The position numbers and the translations under genes were made by a program. Positions 49,868-53,928 of a stretch of 53,928 nucleotides of DNA are shown here, piece after piece. Origin of the DNA: Candidatus Hydrogenedentota bacterium (lineage in GTDB: Bacteria > Hydrogenedentota > Hydrogenedentia > Hydrogenedentales > SLHB01). Below the pieces are notes generated by a model that saw nothing but the letters and a program-made list of their open reading frames with translations, searched no databases and was not told the DNA's origin. Where the stretch lies: positions 30,997-84,924 of the forward strand of contig BTVY01000029.1 in the NCBI GenBank assembly GCA_045863335.1, given 5' to 3'. Numbering within the stretch: position 1 is the stretch's first letter; every line of letters begins with the position of its first letter.

Positions 49868-52800
49868 ATGTCACAATCCGACGCGGCTTTGATGCTCCGA
49901 TGGCGCCGCCGATCCGACGCGGAAGCTTTTGCGGAACTGGTACAACGCCATGTGGGCATGGTCTACGGCACCTGCCGCAGGATTCTCGGCGACTCCGAAG
50001 CGGAGGACGTGGTCCAGGAATGCTTCGTCAAGTTGAGCCAGTCCGAGTTGCGTCACGACCAGGCCATTGGTGGTTGGCTGCACCGGGTCGCGACGAACGC
50101 TTGCCTCGACCGCATGCGCGCGACCAATCGCCGCCGCCAGCGCGAAGAAGCGTACGCGGCAGCGCGCCCCTCGCAAGAAGTCAGTTGGCAGGATTTGCAG
50201 GAGCATGTTGACGAGGCGGTTGCGGCGCTCCCCGACGAACTGCGCCTGCCCATCATCTATCACTTCCTCGAAGGGCGCACACACGAAGACGTGGCGTCCA
50301 CACTGCACATCACCCGGTCCGGTGTGACGCGCCGCATTCATCGCGGCGTTGAAGCGATTCGCACGACGCTCAAGGAACGGGGCGTGATCGTGCCCGGCGC
50401 CGCCCTTGGCGCGATGCTGGGCGCCCATGCCGCCGAAGCGGCCCCGCCCGCGACCATCGCGGCATTGGCCAAGCTCGCCTTGGCGGGCACCGGCGTGAAC
50501 GCAGGCGCAGCGGGTGGAACGGGTGTCGTGGGATGGTTGACGGTGAAAGCTGCTGCGGTAGCCGTTGCCGTCGCGTCTACCGCGATCGGCGCCGGTGCAT
50601 GGTATGTAGCGTCCAACCGGACCTTGGCCGATTCTGGCGTTGCGACGGCTGTCGAAGATCCGGCGCCTCCCGCGCAATTGGCTCAAGCGCCCCAAGCTGG
50701 CCCGGCAGAAGATACCACGCCGACTTTTCCAGGAATTCACGGTGTCGTCGTAAGCGCGGACGGCTATCCACGTCCGGATATTCAGTTTCTCCGAAACTTT
50801 CCCGACGATCTCTGGGAAGGTCCAACCTCCGATGTGGACGGGCGATTCACGTTACCGGAGGACGTTGCGGGAACGAAGTGGGTGGCCTATTCGCACGTCT
50901 TCAATCGAGCGGCCTTATTCACCGTGCCTAGTTCGCCGCAGGAAGAACCGTTTCGTGTAGTCCTCGAATACGGGGTCTCGCACTTCTACGGCCGCGTGGT
51001 CGATGCGGAGGGCAAGGGCGTTCCGCTGGCCCACGTCCAGGTCCGCGCCACAACCGCCGGAGGCGAGGCCTTTGAGCTTGGCCTTTATCCAGCGGACATG
51101 AACGGCCATTATGAAACCAGCGATCTTCCGGTTGGCGAAGGCCTCGCGATCGAAGCTCGGGTCTTGCCCCCGGGCGATGAAGCGCCGGGTGCATGGTCGA
51201 CGCCGACCGTACTGAAGGACCCGCCGCGGAGTCTGACACTCCCGAGCTTAACGATCTCCGAAGCGACGAAGCAGAACATCCTCCAGAATCAGAAACTCGA
51301 GGGCCGGAACGAGCGGCTGATGAGCGCGCTGATGGGACGTCCGAAAACCGACCAGTACGGTGGGTTCGTCCGGGATCCGTCAGGTCAAGCAATCGCTGGT
51401 GCATCCGTGGAAGTGATGTACCACTTGCGCGAAGGATTTGTAGAACAGGCGTACGCCGCGACTGATGACGAAGGAAGATGGAGTGTGTGGTTGCCTGCGG
51501 GCCTTAATCAGGCAGACTTACGCATCCAACACGCGGACTATGTGGGATCGGTTTTGACCTGGCCTCCCGAAAGTCCGCCACTCGAACGGCTTAAGGACGG
51601 AACCGCAGTCTCAACCCTCGCACGCGGACTTTCCGTGAGCGGCACCGTCCGCAACGCCGCAGGCGAACCGATTGGAGACGCGTTGGTGCTGCCTCACGCC
51701 TACTATGGATCGAACGCGGGAGGACCCGAACCCACCGCGAACGCGCCCATCGAGGACCGGTACAGCGTGAGGACGAAATCGGATGGAGCGTTTACGGTAC
51801 TCGGACTTCCCGAAGGCGATCGAAACCTCCAGATCAGCGCGCGTGGATATGCGCCGCGTGTTCTCGCGGTCGATGTTCGATCGGATGCGCCCGTTGAGGT
51901 GGAACTGAGCGAGGGCGGCACGATTCTTGGCCGCATCACCGATATGGACGGCCAGCCGCTCCCGACTGCCTATATCTATGGATCGGAATGGCGGCTCGAC
52001 CGGCAGTACCGGATTTCGATGGGCGCGCATGCGGACAGCGACGGGCTGTTCGTCGTGCATCATGTGCCGCTCGAAGGCGTGGTTGAGTTTTCATTCGGGG
52101 TGGAACGCGGGACAACCGATCGCAAATTCCTCAGCATGTCGAGCGACGTGCTGGTTCCGCGCGACGAACCGTACGCCATCGTCATGTTCGAGCCGCCGTT
52201 GTTCGAAGGCACGGTTTTGGATGACGCAACCGGGGAACCTGTCCCCGAGTACAAGGTCCGGACAGGTTGGTACATGCCGGACATGGACCTCAACTACTGG
52301 AACAGCATGGGTCGCGTCAACGAGATCAATGACGAGAACGGACGTTTCTCCGTTCGGGTGACGGGGTTCCATGCAAGCTGGCCCAGCGCGATGGAGTTCG
52401 TTGCCGGCGTCTTTGCGGATGACTACCTGCCCGCCGTGACGCCGTCGCTGCAACTCGGCGAGAAGGGCGAGCCCGTCGTGATCCGGCTCACGCGTGGGGA
52501 GCCATGGACCGGCACCGTGAAGTATGCCGATGGACGGCCCGTGGCGGGTGCGAAGGTCGCATGGGTTGGGAAAGGCCGGAAGGCGTTCATGCTGAACGGC
52601 CAAATGGAACCGGGGTATGTCGCCTCTCCGGACGTGGTGGACGAGACGAATGCGCAGGGCCAATTCGAGCTTCCGCCGGACGTGGGCCCCGCGTATCTGT
52701 TTGCAACGTACCAAGACGGCTACGCCTGGGCCTCTATCGAATCGATGCCGCGAGGCGGCGCGCTTACGCTGACCCCATGGGCGCGGGTGAGAGGATCGGT

Positions 52801-53857
52801 CCGGCAAGGCGGGCAACCCATGGCGAATGGCCGTATCTTTGGCGAAGTATTGTCCATTGACGATGCGGCAGTTCAGCCGCCGGTGCAGTGGATGCTCAAC
52901 ACCGTAACGCACGTGGACGGCAGTTACGAATTCGGTCATCTGCCTGCGCAGCCGATTCGCATCGGGTACCAGGTTGTCGGGGACCGGCATGCCGAGATGT
53001 CGCATACCGGCTTGATCGTTCCCGATCCCGGCGAGATGTGTACGCTAGATATTGGGACCGCCAATGGCGCCGCGCAAGGGCGTATCGATCCGGATAACGC
53101 GGAAGCCTTGGATGCGTTTCGCGAGGCGGTTGAAAAGAAAGTTGTGATCGCCGTCGCCGAACGGCTCCCGGACGACGGCGAGGAAAGGCTCGAAGGGTAC
53201 CATGAGGAGTATGTCCCCTCGATCGATACGGACGGCAGATTTACGCTCGACGGATTGCCCCCGGGGAACTATCACCTTCGCATCGAAGTCCGCACGCCGT
53301 CACCCGACATGACCTGCGGGGTAGGCCGCGCGCGTTGGACCGGCGAGCAGGAGTTCATCGTCGCACCAAATGCAGACACGGCCGCGCAGATCCCACCGGT
53401 TATTCTGGAGCCATCACCGGTCCCGGTCGAGGGTGAGCCTGCGCCGGACCTTCGAGCGTGGACCTTCGGCAAGGAGGAATTCGACCTGGCGCAGTTGCGC
53501 GGCCGCTGGGTGCTCCTCGATTTCTGGGCCATGTGGTGCGCGCCATGCCGGCAGGGGCTTTTGCGGCTGAAGCCCTTGTGGGAGGAGTTCGGCGAAAACG
53601 GGAAGGCCGCGTTCGTCGGCGTGAACTTCGATCAGGAAATCGAGGCCCCAAAACAGTTCGTGGATCAGCAACACCTTGGCTGGACCCAAATCGGTGGCGA
53701 CGGCTGGGGTCCCGACAACGTCATCATTGGAGAGTGGGGCATCACGGCCATCCCGTCACTCTGGCTCATTGGCCCCGACGGCACCATCGTCGCCCGCGAC
53801 CTCAACCTCGAGGAGGCGGCTGTCGCGTTGAAAGCCGCAATCGGCGGAACGAGCTGA
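49868..53857 (+). CDS. ECF sigma factor fused to a TM helix, carboxypeptidase-regulatory-like repeats and a C-terminal TlpA/thioredoxin domain
   Basis: AEDVVQECF..WLHRVATN (sigma region 2), region-4 HTH, Ala/Gly-rich TM, repeated GxVxDxxGxP units, LDFWAMWCAPC. Confidence 0.88.
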   Translation: MSQSDAALMLRWRRRSDAEAFAELVQRHVGMVYGTCRRILGDSEAEDVVQECFVKLSQSELRHDQAIGGWLHRVATNACLDRMRATNRRRQREEAYAAARPSQEVSWQDLQEHVDEAVAALPDELRLPIIYHFLEGRTHEDVASTLHITRSGVTRRIHRGVEAIRTTLKERGVIVPGAALGAMLGAHAAEAAPPATIAALAKLALAGTGVNAGAAGGTGVVGWLTVKAAAVAVAVASTAIGAGAWYVASNRTLADSGVATAVEDPAPPAQLAQAPQAGPAEDTTPTFPGIHGVVVSADGYPRPDIQFLRNFPDDLWEGPTSDVDGRFTLPEDVAGTKWVAYSHVFNRAALFTVPSSPQEEPFRVVLEYGVSHFYGRVVDAEGKGVPLAHVQVRATTAGGEAFELGLYPADMNGHYETSDLPVGEGLAIEARVLPPGDEAPGAWSTPTVLKDPPRSLTLPSLTISEATKQNILQNQKLEGRNERLMSALMGRPKTDQYGGFVRDPSGQAIAGASVEVMYHLREGFVEQAYAATDDEGRWSVWLPAGLNQADLRIQHADYVGSVLTWPPESPPLERLKDGTAVSTLARGLSVSGTVRNAAGEPIGDALVLPHAYYGSNAGGPEPTANAPIEDRYSVRTKSDGAFTVLGLPEGDRNLQISARGYAPRVLAVDVRSDAPVEVELSEGGTILGRITDMDGQPLPTAYIYGSEWRLDRQYRISMGAHADSDGLFVVHHVPLEGVVEFSFGVERGTTDRKFLSMSSDVLVPRDEPYAIVMFEPPLFEGTVLDDATGEPVPEYKVRTGWYMPDMDLNYWNSMGRVNEINDENGRFSVRVTGFHASWPSAMEFVAGVFADDYLPAVTPSLQLGEKGEPVVIRLTRGEPWTGTVKYADGRPVAGAKVAWVGKGRKAFMLNGQMEPGYVASPDVVDETNAQGQFELPPDVGPAYLFATYQDGYAWASIESMPRGGALTLTPWARVRGSVRQGGQPMANGRIFGEVLSIDDAAVQPPVQWMLNTVTHVDGSYEFGHLPAQPIRIGYQVVGDRHAEMSHTGLIVPDPGEMCTLDIGTANGAAQGRIDPDNAEALDAFREAVEKKVVIAVAERLPDDGEERLEGYHEEYVPSIDTDGRFTLDGLPPGNYHLRIEVRTPSPDMTCGVGRARWTGEQEFIVAPNADTAAQIPPVILEPSPVPVEGEPAPDLRAWTFGKEEFDLAQLRGRWVLLDFWAMWCAPCRQGLLRLKPLWEEFGENGKAAFVGVNFDQEIEAPKQFVDQQHLGWTQIGGDGWGPDNVIIGEWGITAIPSLWLIGPDGTIVARDLNLEEAAVALKAAIGGTS

Positions 53858-53892
53858 GCGACGCGGAATTCGGCTCAAACAAGTCATCCCCC

Positions 53893-53920
53893 GTAGTGGC
53901 GCGCGCGCACCGCGCGCGCC
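53893..53920 (+). repeat. GTAG-type REP-like hairpin
   Basis: GTAG-T-GGCGCGCGCG-CAC-CGCGCGCGCC; a partner copy may lie beyond the window edge. Confidence 0.55.
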
Positions 53921-53928
53921 CGCATGAA

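Overview
GC-rich bacterial chromosomal window, densely coding. The gene repertoire (DUF1501/DUF1549-1553 cluster, membrane-spanning ECF, secreted ADP-ribosylglycohydrolase-family protein) suggests a Hydrogenedentota- or PVC-like organism, which is inference only. Housekeeping content: three trkH, trkA, a quinone oxidoreductase, serS, parAB, ftsH-folP-glmM, manC, a GH38 alpha-mannosidase, a plant-type FNR, rny-ymdB-smc and cheX. The most unusual structure is a four-helix-bundle (IVS/Avd-like) gene at 23302-23883. It carries four 9-bp TAGGAC tandem arrays in alternating orientation: two outer arrays forming inverted ends, one abutting the ribosome-binding site, and one translated in frame inside the protein. 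A gene-less array with similar geometry and the same GGACCTA core lies just upstream of the parAB promoter (8217-8427). Other accessory items are a single-module C-A(Tyr)-T-TE NRPS flanked by a hydrolase and glycosyltransferases, a five-gene exported heme-protein operon of unknown function, a 1329-aa ECF sigma factor fused to an extracytoplasmic thioredoxin, two candidate structured RNAs and a 54-aa lipoprotein. No rRNA, tRNA, CRISPR array or transposase was recognised. All family calls come from motif recognition by eye, not from database searches.
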